Source: a virus
IMG/VR virus record: IMGVR_UViG_3300045988_080466
Reading direction: 5' to 3' (one strand)
Length of the DNA stretch: 64,000 nucleotides
This document shows positions 55,688 through 63,945 of this stretch, piece by piece. Every line of letters begins with the position of its first letter. Position 1 is the stretch's first letter. Made by a program: the position numbers and the translations under genes. The notes under the pieces were generated by a model. It saw nothing but the letters and a program-made list of their open reading frames with translations. It did no database searches and was not told where the DNA came from.

Positions 55688-57847
55688 TTAATGAATCCAA
55701 TGGTCTCCAATTGATATATCTGCTGTTAATGGTGCCCTTGTACAAAATGGCTTACCTCCAGATTCCATACATTGAACTAGTATCTTAGCTACTTCTTCTG
55801 CTATCTCTTCGGGAGCTTCAAGATTGATTTCATCATGCACAGGAATACAATACTTAACTTTAAAAAGTAAATTGTTTTCCTTTAGCCAATTGAATAGCTT
55901 TATAGAAGCTAGCTTGAAGCACAGTGCCCCTGCTCCCTGAATCGGATAATTCACCGATTGCTTCATAGAATCAGATAATCTCCTTCTTAAGAAGTCTGCT
56001 TCTTGAACCAATGGATTACTTTCATCACGAGTTTGCATAGCATACTGCCCATCTACTGTTCCTAAATCATCATTTATCCTATTCAGATTATCCCAATCAT
56101 AAATAAATGCTTTATGTCCTGTCACAGGACTTAATAGAATATATCCATGCTGTACAACAAATGACTTTTGACGTTCTTGATAAGCCTTCAATCCAGCGAA
56201 ACCATTCATATAGTTATCCTCAATTTCTTGAGCTCTCTTTTTCGGGATACCATAGTTTCTCACTAAAGTAGAAGCATTACCTGCATAATTAAAGCAGAAC
56301 TCATATCCTTTTGCCTCTTGTCTAAGTTCTGGGAATTGTTTTTTTACTTTTTCAGTAGGCATATCTTGAGGAATTTTGTCCTTAAATACCATCTTGGCTG
56401 TCAGAGAATGCATATCTTTAGAACCATTAATAAGTTCATCAAGCATAGCTTTATCATTAGCAACAGATGCCATTAAGAAGGATTCTTGGCCACTATAATC
56501 TACAGATATCCATTTATTTCCAGGCTCTGAAACGAAACAGGCTCTAGTAATTGCAGTATGTGGAAGATTCTGAAGATTCGGGTTACTTGAACTTAATCGT
56601 CCCGTATCCGTTCCAAGCTGATAAAAATCGGCATGGATACGTCCGCTTACTGGATTTATAAGCTTTAAGAATTTTTCTCCAAAAGCCTTCACTAACTGCC
56701 CTGTTTTCTTAAACTCTATATAAGGTTCAATGATAGAACATTTAGCTTTCTGTGGCTCAATAATATCAATTCCAGCAGATTTAGTTTTCTGTTTAGTTTT
56801 CTTGTCTACTGTTGTACAATTTATTCCGAGCAATTCAAATAATGGAACAACTTGTTTACTACTATTCCAGTTTATATTACACCTATATGCGTTATCAAAT
56901 CCAGAGAATAAATCTCCTTGTAGATTCATTTCTACATAATCGAAAGGTATTCCAAATGAATATTCTATTCCTTCATCAACGACTTTCCTCTTTACCCCAA
57001 ATGCAGTAGGAGGAATCTTCATCAAGTCTTTCATTTCCTTTCTAAGTGTAGTCATAATACTCGTCTTTACAAATGGACGATTCTTAAGCTGTGGGTCTGG
57101 ATGAACCATTTTATGTTCTTCATAAAAATCTTCCACCCATTTATTGATGCTTGCTTCTGCGTCTTTCATTTGCCTAATATCGTCCTTCATCTTAGCTCTC
57201 CATTTTTCTACATCAATCTTAGCACCGCAATATTCAATATAGGCAATAACAGGAACAAAATGATTCTCGAAATCAACAGCTTTAAGAAGGTCTTTCTTTA
57301 CCAACTCAACTGTTTGCTTCTCTTTAATCTTAGTAAGATAAATAACATCATGTGCAGCATAAACTATGACATCTTCTGTTAATCCAGTATTAACAATTTT
57401 ACCTCGAATACTCTTATCCAAATCCAAGCCTAAATAATGATGTGCTGCGGATTGTAGAGACAGACTATGAAATTGGGCTGGATATCCCAAATACAATAGC
57501 TTCTCAGCTATCATTCCGTCCCATACATTTACAGGGACTATTCTATGATGATATAAAAATTTTAAATCAAATGAAAGATTCCATCCTAGTAATGTAATAT
57601 CAGGATTCTCAAACACTGGTCTAAAATAATTAACATCAATTGTTGTGGTATCTACTATTATTTGGTCCTCACCTAAGCCAAATTGAATACACAATAAGGC
57701 TTTTGTATAAGGGTCTAATCCTTCAGTTTCACTATCATATTCAATCCATGTATGTTCAAGGATGCGCTTTAATGCTTCTTCTTTAGACATGATTTCATAT
57801 GCATCGGACTTAAAGAATCTTTGTTGTTCAGTAACAAGATAAATCAT
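55688..57847 (-). CDS. family A DNA polymerase with 3'-5' exonuclease domain
   Basis: Exo I YDSETEGLD. Pol motif A VDYSGQESFL, motif B RQEAKGYEFCFNYAG (RxxAKxxNFGxxYG) and motif C IPVHDEI. Confidence 0.9.
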   Translation of the reverse strand: MIYLVTEQQRFFKSDAYEIMSKEEALKRILEHTWIEYDSETEGLDPYTKALLCIQFGLGEDQIIVDTTTIDVNYFRPVFENPDITLLGWNLSFDLKFLYHHRIVPVNVWDGMIAEKLLYLGYPAQFHSLSLQSAAHHYLGLDLDKSIRGKIVNTGLTEDVIVYAAHDVIYLTKIKEKQTVELVKKDLLKAVDFENHFVPVIAYIEYCGAKIDVEKWRAKMKDDIRQMKDAEASINKWVEDFYEEHKMVHPDPQLKNRPFVKTSIMTTLRKEMKDLMKIPPTAFGVKRKVVDEGIEYSFGIPFDYVEMNLQGDLFSGFDNAYRCNINWNSSKQVVPLFELLGINCTTVDKKTKQKTKSAGIDIIEPQKAKCSIIEPYIEFKKTGQLVKAFGEKFLKLINPVSGRIHADFYQLGTDTGRLSSSNPNLQNLPHTAITRACFVSEPGNKWISVDYSGQESFLMASVANDKAMLDELINGSKDMHSLTAKMVFKDKIPQDMPTEKVKKQFPELRQEAKGYEFCFNYAGNASTLVRNYGIPKKRAQEIEDNYMNGFAGLKAYQERQKSFVVQHGYILLSPVTGHKAFIYDWDNLNRINDDLGTVDGQYAMQTRDESNPLVQEADFLRRRLSDSMKQSVNYPIQGAGALCFKLASIKLFNWLKENNLLFKVKYCIPVHDEINLEAPEEIAEEVAKILVQCMESGGKPFCTRAPLTADISIGDHWIH

Positions 57848-58077
57848 TAATCGACGTATACATCAAGTTTGGTTATGTCTATATCTCCTCTTAATGCTAA
57901 ATCATCTGCAAATCTCTGCTTCAACAACTCTGCGATTTCAAATTCATCTTTATCCAATGTTCCAAAATACTCATAGAAAAAGTCTCCTGTAATCTCTACA
58001 GAAAACTTAAACACTTTCTCGTTTATGTTGTATGGAGCGCTTTCGTCCATTTCCGCTCCTAGTGGTAGGTTTGACAT
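57847..58077 (-). CDS. hypothetical protein (76 aa)
   Basis: ATG ORF whose stop overlaps the polymerase ATG. Its 5' end overlaps the upstream ORF by 71 nt (44 nt if it starts at MDESAPY). Confidence 0.5.
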   Translation of the reverse strand: MSNLPLGAEMDESAPYNINEKVFKFSVEITGDFFYEYFGTLDKDEFEIAELLKQRFADDLALRGDIDITKLDVYVD

Positions 58078-58249
58078 CCTCTTTTTCAGATAAAATGTTA
58101 CAAATGTCTTTCATCTCACTTATTTCGTAGCCCAACATAGTTCCTAAATGACTTCCTAATTCCGGAGGAAGATACGGTAAACATAAACTTACCGCTTCAA
58201 AGAACGGAACTAGGTTACTAATCTTAGTAATTAACAATTCTCGGTTCAT
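58007..58249 (-). CDS. hypothetical protein (80 aa)
   Basis: ATG at 58249 (MNRELLITK). It fills the gap between the 58224 and 58077 genes. Its basic C-terminal tail (KPTTRSGNGRKRSIQHKRESV) lies in the region overlapping the next gene. Confidence 0.4.
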   Translation of the reverse strand: MNRELLITKISNLVPFFEAVSLCLPYLPPELGSHLGTMLGYEISEMKDICNILSEKEDVKPTTRSGNGRKRSIQHKRESV

Positions 58250-58862
58250 GGTAGTATAATAATGTTGGACTGTCTCTGTGGATATCAAGAGCATCAAACC
58301 CGTTAAGTGCCAATTCTTGTTGACATTGTTCTACATCAAATTTAGATGTGATAAGATGATAACCATGTAAAGTAGGAACAACGAGCTTCACTCTATCTTC
58401 CTCATTACCTCTACACTTCGAAATAATGTCTACTATACTATGCAGCTTCCATTTATCATATACATCAACATCTACCAGTCTCAGTAGGTTCTTTCCGCTA
58501 AGGGAAGGTAATTCTCCACAAACATGGTCCCAAACTCTTGGAGCTTGGAAGGTATTTCCTTCCATAAGCATCCTTGCAAGTTTCTCTTGTGCTCCACAAG
58601 CTGTTTTGAAATAGCTTCTCTTGTTGAGATGAATGTATGCTCTTGCATTGTTATTTTGACACAGCTCGATTATTTTTTGTTTCTTTTCCTCAAGATGTTC
58701 GATACTGTGAATATAATAGGCTTTAATGAGTCTTGCTCCATTATTACCTCTTCCTGTTTCGTTTCCGTCCTTTTTGCGCTGAATCACTTGAAGGAAATAA
58801 AAATCATCTTCAGATTCAAACTTTAAGAACTCCTCAATTAAATCAAAGTTATCTACTGTCAT
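58224..58862 (-). CDS. hypothetical protein; possible archaeo-eukaryotic primase (AEP)-like core
   Basis: The ATG at 58862 forms ATGA with the upstream stop. LRLVDVDVYD (hhhDhD), VVPTLHGYHLIT (sGxGxH-like) and ALDIHRDSPT occur in AEP-like order and spacing. The match is weak. Confidence 0.3.
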   Translation of the reverse strand: MTVDNFDLIEEFLKFESEDDFYFLQVIQRKKDGNETGRGNNGARLIKAYYIHSIEHLEEKKQKIIELCQNNNARAYIHLNKRSYFKTACGAQEKLARMLMEGNTFQAPRVWDHVCGELPSLSGKNLLRLVDVDVYDKWKLHSIVDIISKCRGNEEDRVKLVVPTLHGYHLITSKFDVEQCQQELALNGFDALDIHRDSPTLLYYHEPRIVNY

Positions 58863-59146
58863 AATTCTTTTTCTACTACACAATTACCGTAATAATGACT
58901 GCCACTTATTGAATATGTCAAGTTACCTTTCACAAAAGTAGCCCAATAATCCAATTCCCAACCGTTTGTTTCATGTTCAAGCTCCTCGAATCCTAGCTGT
59001 TCCATTACTTCTAGAACTATATCAAAAGGACATTTACCAACAAAACACTCCGGTAATGTCTCCATGATAGCTAGGAAATTAGCTTTAACATCTCTAAGAG
59101 ATTGAGTTAACAATTCTCCATGATTTATAATATTTGTTTCAGTCAT
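58859..59146 (-). CDS. hypothetical protein (95 aa)
   Basis: ATG ORF; no motif recognised. Confidence 0.5.
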   Translation of the reverse strand: MTETNIINHGELLTQSLRDVKANFLAIMETLPECFVGKCPFDIVLEVMEQLGFEELEHETNGWELDYWATFVKGNLTYSISGSHYYGNCVVEKEL

Positions 59147-59252
59147 TCGGAATTACATTTAAGTCTGTCAAATAAAATCCATTATCATCTAAGTCTTTCT
59201 GTACGAAGTATCCATTAACTCCAACAGTCTCTCCTCCAAGAGTATGTATCAT
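59139..59252 (-). CDS. possible small ORF (37 aa)
   Basis: Hand translation gives MIHTLGGETVGVNGYFVQKDLDDNGFYLTDLNVIPND. Its TGA overlaps the next gene's start (AATGACTGA), and it fills most of a 144-bp gap. Confidence 0.25.
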   Translation of the reverse strand: MIHTLGGETVGVNGYFVQKDLDDNGFYLTDLNVIPND

Positions 59253-59290
59253 GACTTCTCTGTCTTGGTCATATCTTTCAAGGATTTTAA

Positions 59291-59677
59291 TTAATTGCCC
59301 CACAAGTATTGCCATTTGTCATAATGTAAAGAAAACTTATATAATCTGTTAGCTGCCTCAACTGGAGTATGGCCATCCCATTCATCAGCTTTCCATCTTT
59401 CAGGAACATTGAACAGATTCCATTCTTCAGCCCTATAATGATTGCTCACTTGACCAGTAGGAAGGTTAGCCATAACAATAAACCATCCTCCTCCAAAGCA
59501 TAGTTCACCATCTGCATGTCTGTAAGATTTATGGACCTCATATTTACCTTCCAAGCTGTTAAAGAATGCTGCATTGTACAGCATTCTGTAGTGATATAAC
59601 TCATCAAAGGTATGAAATCCGTCTGAGATTTGTCCTTCTGGCAAAAATAAATTTTTAAGTCTTTGTAATAGTTTCAT
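59291..59677 (-). CDS. conserved phage protein (WDGH-type motifs)
   Basis: DGFHTFDELYHYRMLYNA and ADEWDGHTP; I recognise this as a recurrent phage family of unknown function. Confidence 0.55.
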   Translation of the reverse strand: MKLLQRLKNLFLPEGQISDGFHTFDELYHYRMLYNAAFFNSLEGKYEVHKSYRHADGELCFGGGWFIVMANLPTGQVSNHYRAEEWNLFNVPERWKADEWDGHTPVEAANRLYKFSLHYDKWQYLWGN

Positions 59678-60591
59678 TAGAATTTTCCCTCATTAGGTTG
59701 TAAACAAGTTAAACCTTGTTCTCTCCACATCTCAACACATTTACAATTGTCTTCAAGAACGAATTGAACATTATATTTTCCCTTAATATTGTCCTCGTAG
59801 ATTTTTTTCTTACATTCAGCTCCGGGACTGTAGTCTTTAACTGGACGGAAGAACAGCTCATCAACTTTAATATCATGCTTAGCCAACCATTCTTTAGTAG
59901 CTGCTACGATTTCGGGAGTGCCTTCTCTACCAGTAACAATAAATACTTTACACTTTTCATACATGCGCCTAACAAGCGTACAGGTACCTTCAATGGCAAT
60001 ATCATTCAACATGCCTTCAGCTGCACCTTCTCCAAAGTAAGGTCTGCCAGTGGTATTCAAACACAAGGTGGCGTCCATATCCACTAATATAACAGGGTGA
60101 CCTCCGTCTACATGCTTGGCACTTTTACTTAACATATTTTTAATATCCTCTTGGATAATAAAGTCACGGTATCTTCTCCAAGTGTCTTTAATTACCTTAG
60201 CTCCCATTGGCTGCTCACGCATTGCATCACGACGAATACATTCATCAACTGAAATGAAGAAATCCTTAAATTCCAGTTCATATTCAAATTCTGTGGTGGC
60301 GTTAGCAACTTTAATAACGTCTTCCCACCACTTTACTTCTTTAGGATTGAGATTCATATTGTCTACAACAATATTATATCCTTTCCTCGTTGCTTCACAA
60401 GCAAAAGAACGCTTAAGTTCAGTAACCATTCCTTCTCTGTTCGGAACCCAATATTCTCCAAGCATGTTACGAATATCGTCATTATTGAAACGTACTCTAT
60501 GTTCAGGGTCTTCTTTAGCCCATGCTTTTGCCCAAGTTGATTTACCAGAGGCTTGAATTCCTCTACACAATATTAGTTTTCGCTTTTCCAT
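59677..60591 (-). CDS. polynucleotide 5'-kinase/3'-phosphatase (T4 Pnk-like)
   Basis: End-to-end resemblance to T4 Pnk: P-loop CRGIQASGKSTWA, HAD phosphatase ILVDMDATL (DxDxT), TGRE, and the C-terminus CVEMWREQGLTCLQPNEGKF against T4 [20 protein letters not shown]. Confidence 0.88.
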   Translation of the reverse strand: MEKRKLILCRGIQASGKSTWAKAWAKEDPEHRVRFNNDDIRNMLGEYWVPNREGMVTELKRSFACEATRKGYNIVVDNMNLNPKEVKWWEDVIKVANATTEFEYELEFKDFFISVDECIRRDAMREQPMGAKVIKDTWRRYRDFIIQEDIKNMLSKSAKHVDGGHPVILVDMDATLCLNTTGRPYFGEGAAEGMLNDIAIEGTCTLVRRMYEKCKVFIVTGREGTPEIVAATKEWLAKHDIKVDELFFRPVKDYSPGAECKKKIYEDNIKGKYNVQFVLEDNCKCVEMWREQGLTCLQPNEGKF

Positions 60592-60902
60592 TCTTTAATT
60601 TTAAGTTTTATGTATTCAATTTTCTCTTCAGCAGAAGGCCAACCCCTTCGCAATTCTCCGTTCTCAATATAGAAAACTTCTGGATGCGATATATAGGCTT
60701 CGTCCCAGTCTTTGAAAGTTTCTTCTTGAATTTTATTATAACAAACCAAAAGGTCTCCATCAGAAATGTTACCATTTAGCACTTCTGGATAACGTCTTAT
60801 ATCAGGGCAATAAATTAGGTCAAACAAATCTTCAACGGTTAAGTTAAGATAACTACTACCTCCTTCACTATCCGCCATAAATGCATGGTATAGTTTACTC
60901 AT
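60573..60902 (-). CDS. hypothetical protein (109 aa)
   Basis: ATG ORF that overlaps its neighbours. Confidence 0.5.
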   Translation of the reverse strand: MSKLYHAFMADSEGGSSYLNLTVEDLFDLIYCPDIRRYPEVLNGNISDGDLLVCYNKIQEETFKDWDEAYISHPEVFYIENGELRRGWPSAEEKIEYIKLKIKEWKSEN

Positions 60903-61098
60903 AATATACTACTTGTTTAATTACTTTTTCCTCACCTTCATAAGTAGCACCTACTATTTGTTCTAGATTATATTCAGGATATTCTAGACCATGAGGATAC
61001 TCCTTTATAATTTCCATAGCTCGAAAGGCATTACGGGCAGCAACTACAATCAGTCCTGCCGCATAATGTCCATGAAATTCATTTGTATATAAATACAT
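60895..61098 (-). CDS. hypothetical protein (67 aa)
   Basis: ATG ORF that overlaps its neighbours. Confidence 0.45.
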   Translation of the reverse strand: MYLYTNEFHGHYAAGLIVVAARNAFRAMEIIKEYPHGLEYPEYNLEQIVGATYEGEEKVIKQVVYYE

Positions 61099-61553
61099 TA
61101 TTTAACGGCTTTATACAAATCCATTACACTGTGTACAGCATAAGTACGATATGCTTCTTCGATAAGCTCTTGTGCTTTAACAGTTTCGGTTCTTGACAAT
61201 TCTGGAACTATAAATACCCCATCTTTAGTTTCAATAACGAATGTAATTCCCTCTACAATTGGGTTTTTATCTGTGTTTGGAAATCCAGCATATATGTAGT
61301 CATTAAACGACATCATACCAAATCTGTGTAGGCAGTCCTTGATTTTATCGAATGGTTTGCCTGTTAAGTTTCTAGGAAGAAGAGTTTCACAGTCATGTTT
61401 GTATTTTCTTCTCCACATGATTTTTACGCAAGATTCATTTACTTTGTATTCAAGGAAACCCTCTCCTACTGCAACTGGAGTTTTAGGCAGTAAAGCCCAG
61501 AATAATTTACTTATGTTCTCATCTACGATTTGTTTTACTTCTTTGTCAGTCAT
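61098..61553 (-). CDS. hypothetical protein (151 aa)
   Basis: ATG ORF. Confidence 0.5.
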   Translation of the reverse strand: MTDKEVKQIVDENISKLFWALLPKTPVAVGEGFLEYKVNESCVKIMWRRKYKHDCETLLPRNLTGKPFDKIKDCLHRFGMMSFNDYIYAGFPNTDKNPIVEGITFVIETKDGVFIVPELSRTETVKAQELIEEAYRTYAVHSVMDLYKAVK

Positions 61554-61566
61554 TTTTATTTAATTT

Positions 61567-62940
61567 TTAAGATTCTGATTCAATATCTACCTCACCTTTG
61601 TCAAGAGCTTTACCTTCTCCGTCAAGGAACTTAAAGCACTTCAACTTAAAGGCTTCCGATTTCATATTCTCAATCTTGATTACAATTCCTTCATGAGGAA
61701 CTTTATTATCACAAATTGGAGAATTACATTCCATATAGAACTTCTTCTCATTAGCTAATCTAGCCAAGAAATTCTCATTCCAATGGTCAGACGGAGCCAA
61801 GTCAGGATATAAATCCTTCGCATATCCATAATAGAACTCTTCTACTGGATTAAGTCCAACCATTTTACACCACAATTGTACTTCACGAGCAGAGAACTCA
61901 TGTACTTTACCGTCTACGTTAGTAATAGTTACACGATAAATCTGAACTCCGAAATGCTTTCCATACTCATATTTCTCGTCTCCGACTGGTGGAAGGAAGC
62001 CATAATCGTAATTCTTTTGGATATACCCACCATTGGGCAAGAATCCAATGATTTCATAGTATGCAGTCATACCTTTAGACAGACACGGACGAACAATGTC
62101 ATCAGCATATTTCCATACATCGACTCCATAGAATCCTCCCTGAACATTTCTGTTGTAATACTGGTTTTTGATTACAGAACGAGAAGAATACAAATAGTCG
62201 TACTTGTCAAACTCCTCTCCGGTCAACCAACGAGCAATTTTCTGTTTCCAGTTTAGTTCTTGCTTACACAATACATAAGCAGATATTCCAGAAGTTCCGT
62301 GAACTTTAGAAGTTATGCTGATAAGGTCGTTGGGATGTAAAACATGCGGACACTTTTTGATAAGGACGGTATCATAGTGGAATCTGAACTGATTTTCGAT
62401 GATTTTATCAAGTCCCTTAGGCTGCTTTCCTTTACCCGAATTGCCTGAGCCTGGCTCTCCCGGAGTGCGAGTATTTTTAGGGATATACTTCTTATTAACC
62501 CAAAATTGTTTTCCATCGTGTTCAACTGAATCAAATTCAACTCCTTCTTCCACATTAAGTTCTACATTTACAGTAGACATTACCCAATTCTGCAAAACCA
62601 CAATAGGGATAATGAATCCCTCAGACAGCTCACCACGCAATCTGATAGCCTTCACGCGACCATTGTCCTCAAACATTCCATTCTTCGTCGGGTCGTCATT
62701 AAGGTTCTCATGACGATATAAATTAGCGTAGCTAAGGAATTTGGGATTGATGCAACAAGCTGTCGGGAAGTACACATATAAACCCGGTTCGGAGTCAATA
62801 CCAGTAATAATATTAAAGCCGTCAATACAGCAACATTTTAACTTAGTTACCTCTGGGTCAGAGTGTTTGTGGAAGTTTTCGATTTTTACAATCTTTGCCA
62901 AATAGTTCACATTGGCATTTTTACTTTGTACTAATTTCAT
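61567..62940 (-). CDS. ATP-dependent RNA ligase (Rnl2/DRB0094-like nucleotidyltransferase with N-terminal extra domain)
   Basis: Motif I SKVHGTS (KxHG, as in T4 Rnl2 KIHGTN), YYEIIG (motif III-like) and HEGIVIKIENMKSEAFKLK (EGxVxK and KxK). It lies in the same gene string as Pnkp. Confidence 0.7.
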   Translation of the reverse strand: MKLVQSKNANVNYLAKIVKIENFHKHSDPEVTKLKCCCIDGFNIITGIDSEPGLYVYFPTACCINPKFLSYANLYRHENLNDDPTKNGMFEDNGRVKAIRLRGELSEGFIIPIVVLQNWVMSTVNVELNVEEGVEFDSVEHDGKQFWVNKKYIPKNTRTPGEPGSGNSGKGKQPKGLDKIIENQFRFHYDTVLIKKCPHVLHPNDLISITSKVHGTSGISAYVLCKQELNWKQKIARWLTGEEFDKYDYLYSSRSVIKNQYYNRNVQGGFYGVDVWKYADDIVRPCLSKGMTAYYEIIGFLPNGGYIQKNYDYGFLPPVGDEKYEYGKHFGVQIYRVTITNVDGKVHEFSAREVQLWCKMVGLNPVEEFYYGYAKDLYPDLAPSDHWNENFLARLANEKKFYMECNSPICDNKVPHEGIVIKIENMKSEAFKLKCFKFLDGEGKALDKGEVDIESES

Positions 62941-63233
62941 AATTCAACTACTTGTTCTGGTGTTACAAATTCAAAATTACTTTCTTCATAAGTTTGATGG
63001 ATTTTATAGGCCTCAAAATACTTTATTGCGGAGACATATTCTTGTACAGTGTCTCCTTCAAGTATTTCTGAACTCCATACATGTACCTCTCCGTTTGCCT
63101 TAAAGTAACAGGTAATTTTACCGTTCTCGGGATTAATTCCGAAACAGGAGTTTCCAACAGGCTTTAAATAACGATTTTCAACTCTTCTATAACCCATAAA
63201 GAGAGCTGCGTTCTGTAAATCCTTACTGTTCAT
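62937..63233 (-). CDS. hypothetical protein (98 aa)
   Basis: ATG at 63233 (MNSKDLQ) is preferred; it overlaps the upstream stop by 11 nt. Confidence 0.45.
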   Translation of the reverse strand: MNSKDLQNAALFMGYRRVENRYLKPVGNSCFGINPENGKITCYFKANGEVHVWSSEILEGDTVQEYVSAIKYFEAYKIHQTYEESNFEFVTPEQVVEL

Positions 63234-63429
63234 ATATACTCCATTCCTTAGACAAAACGGCATCAGTATAGAATTTAGTTACCACATAATTCACATGTGA
63301 ACCTTTAATTCCACAGATGATTTTTCCATCTTCCATGTAATACATACGAGTTTTATCACCAATAGTCAAACAAACTGTAAGACCACTTTCCATAAAGGAG
63401 ATTGCATCTCCAAATCCAAAATTTTCCAT
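63223..63429 (-). CDS. DUF2829-like (Tad2-family-like) small protein, tentative
   Basis: N-terminal FGFGDAISFMESGLTV and C-terminal DAVLSKEWSIYE resemble the DUF2829 termini (FgeAlealk.Gk.v / DLLAeDWei). Confidence 0.4.
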   Translation of the reverse strand: MENFGFGDAISFMESGLTVCLTIGDKTRMYYMEDGKIICGIKGSHVNYVVTKFYTDAVLSKEWSIYEQ

Positions 63430-63431
63430 AT

Positions 63432-63653
63432 TTATCTTTCTTTTATTAATTCTAAAAATTCATCCCAGTTTTCTGTGCTGTCATACATAGCTTCGATAAC
63501 ATCACTAGTAAAACGGCTCATTAGTCTGAGAGTTTGTTCAAATACGTCTTTAAACATATCGTCTTGTTCATCCTTACTAAGCGTCTTACCAGTCATTCCG
63601 ACTAGTAATTCGCCTACTTTGGATGCAATGTCTATTTGTTTCTTATAGCTCAT
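63432..63653 (-). CDS. hypothetical protein (73 aa)
   Basis: ATG at 63653 (MSYKKQI) is preferred over the track's TTG at 63692. Confidence 0.45.
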   Translation of the reverse strand: MSYKKQIDIASKVGELLVGMTGKTLSKDEQDDMFKDVFEQTLRLMSRFTSDVIEAMYDSTENWDEFLELIKER

Positions 63654-63945
63654 AGGCTCGTGTGGCTCTGTATTCACACATAAAGTTTGCAAATGATTGT
63701 GCTAATGCTTCATCTTGCTTATTGTTGTAGAAGAACTGGAAGCAGTGAAATAACTCATGCCAGAAAGTATTTTCTATTTGCTGTTCAGTTAATTGCACTA
63801 TTTTTCCTTCATCATCCATGCTTTTGGCTACGACTATTTTTCTCCTTATATCATTGTGGTAGCCGTAATTTCCATCATCGGACTTATCTACAACTTGTAC
63901 CTCATACTCGGTATTTGCTATTTTAAACCTTTTAGGGATTTCCAT
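63643..63945 (-). CDS. mini HExxH metallopeptidase-like protein (100 aa)
   Basis: FWHELFHCF (HExxH) in a 100-aa ORF. Confidence 0.5.
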   Translation of the reverse strand: MEIPKRFKIANTEYEVQVVDKSDDGNYGYHNDIRRKIVVAKSMDDEGKIVQLTEQQIENTFWHELFHCFQFFYNNKQDEALAQSFANFMCEYRATRAYEL

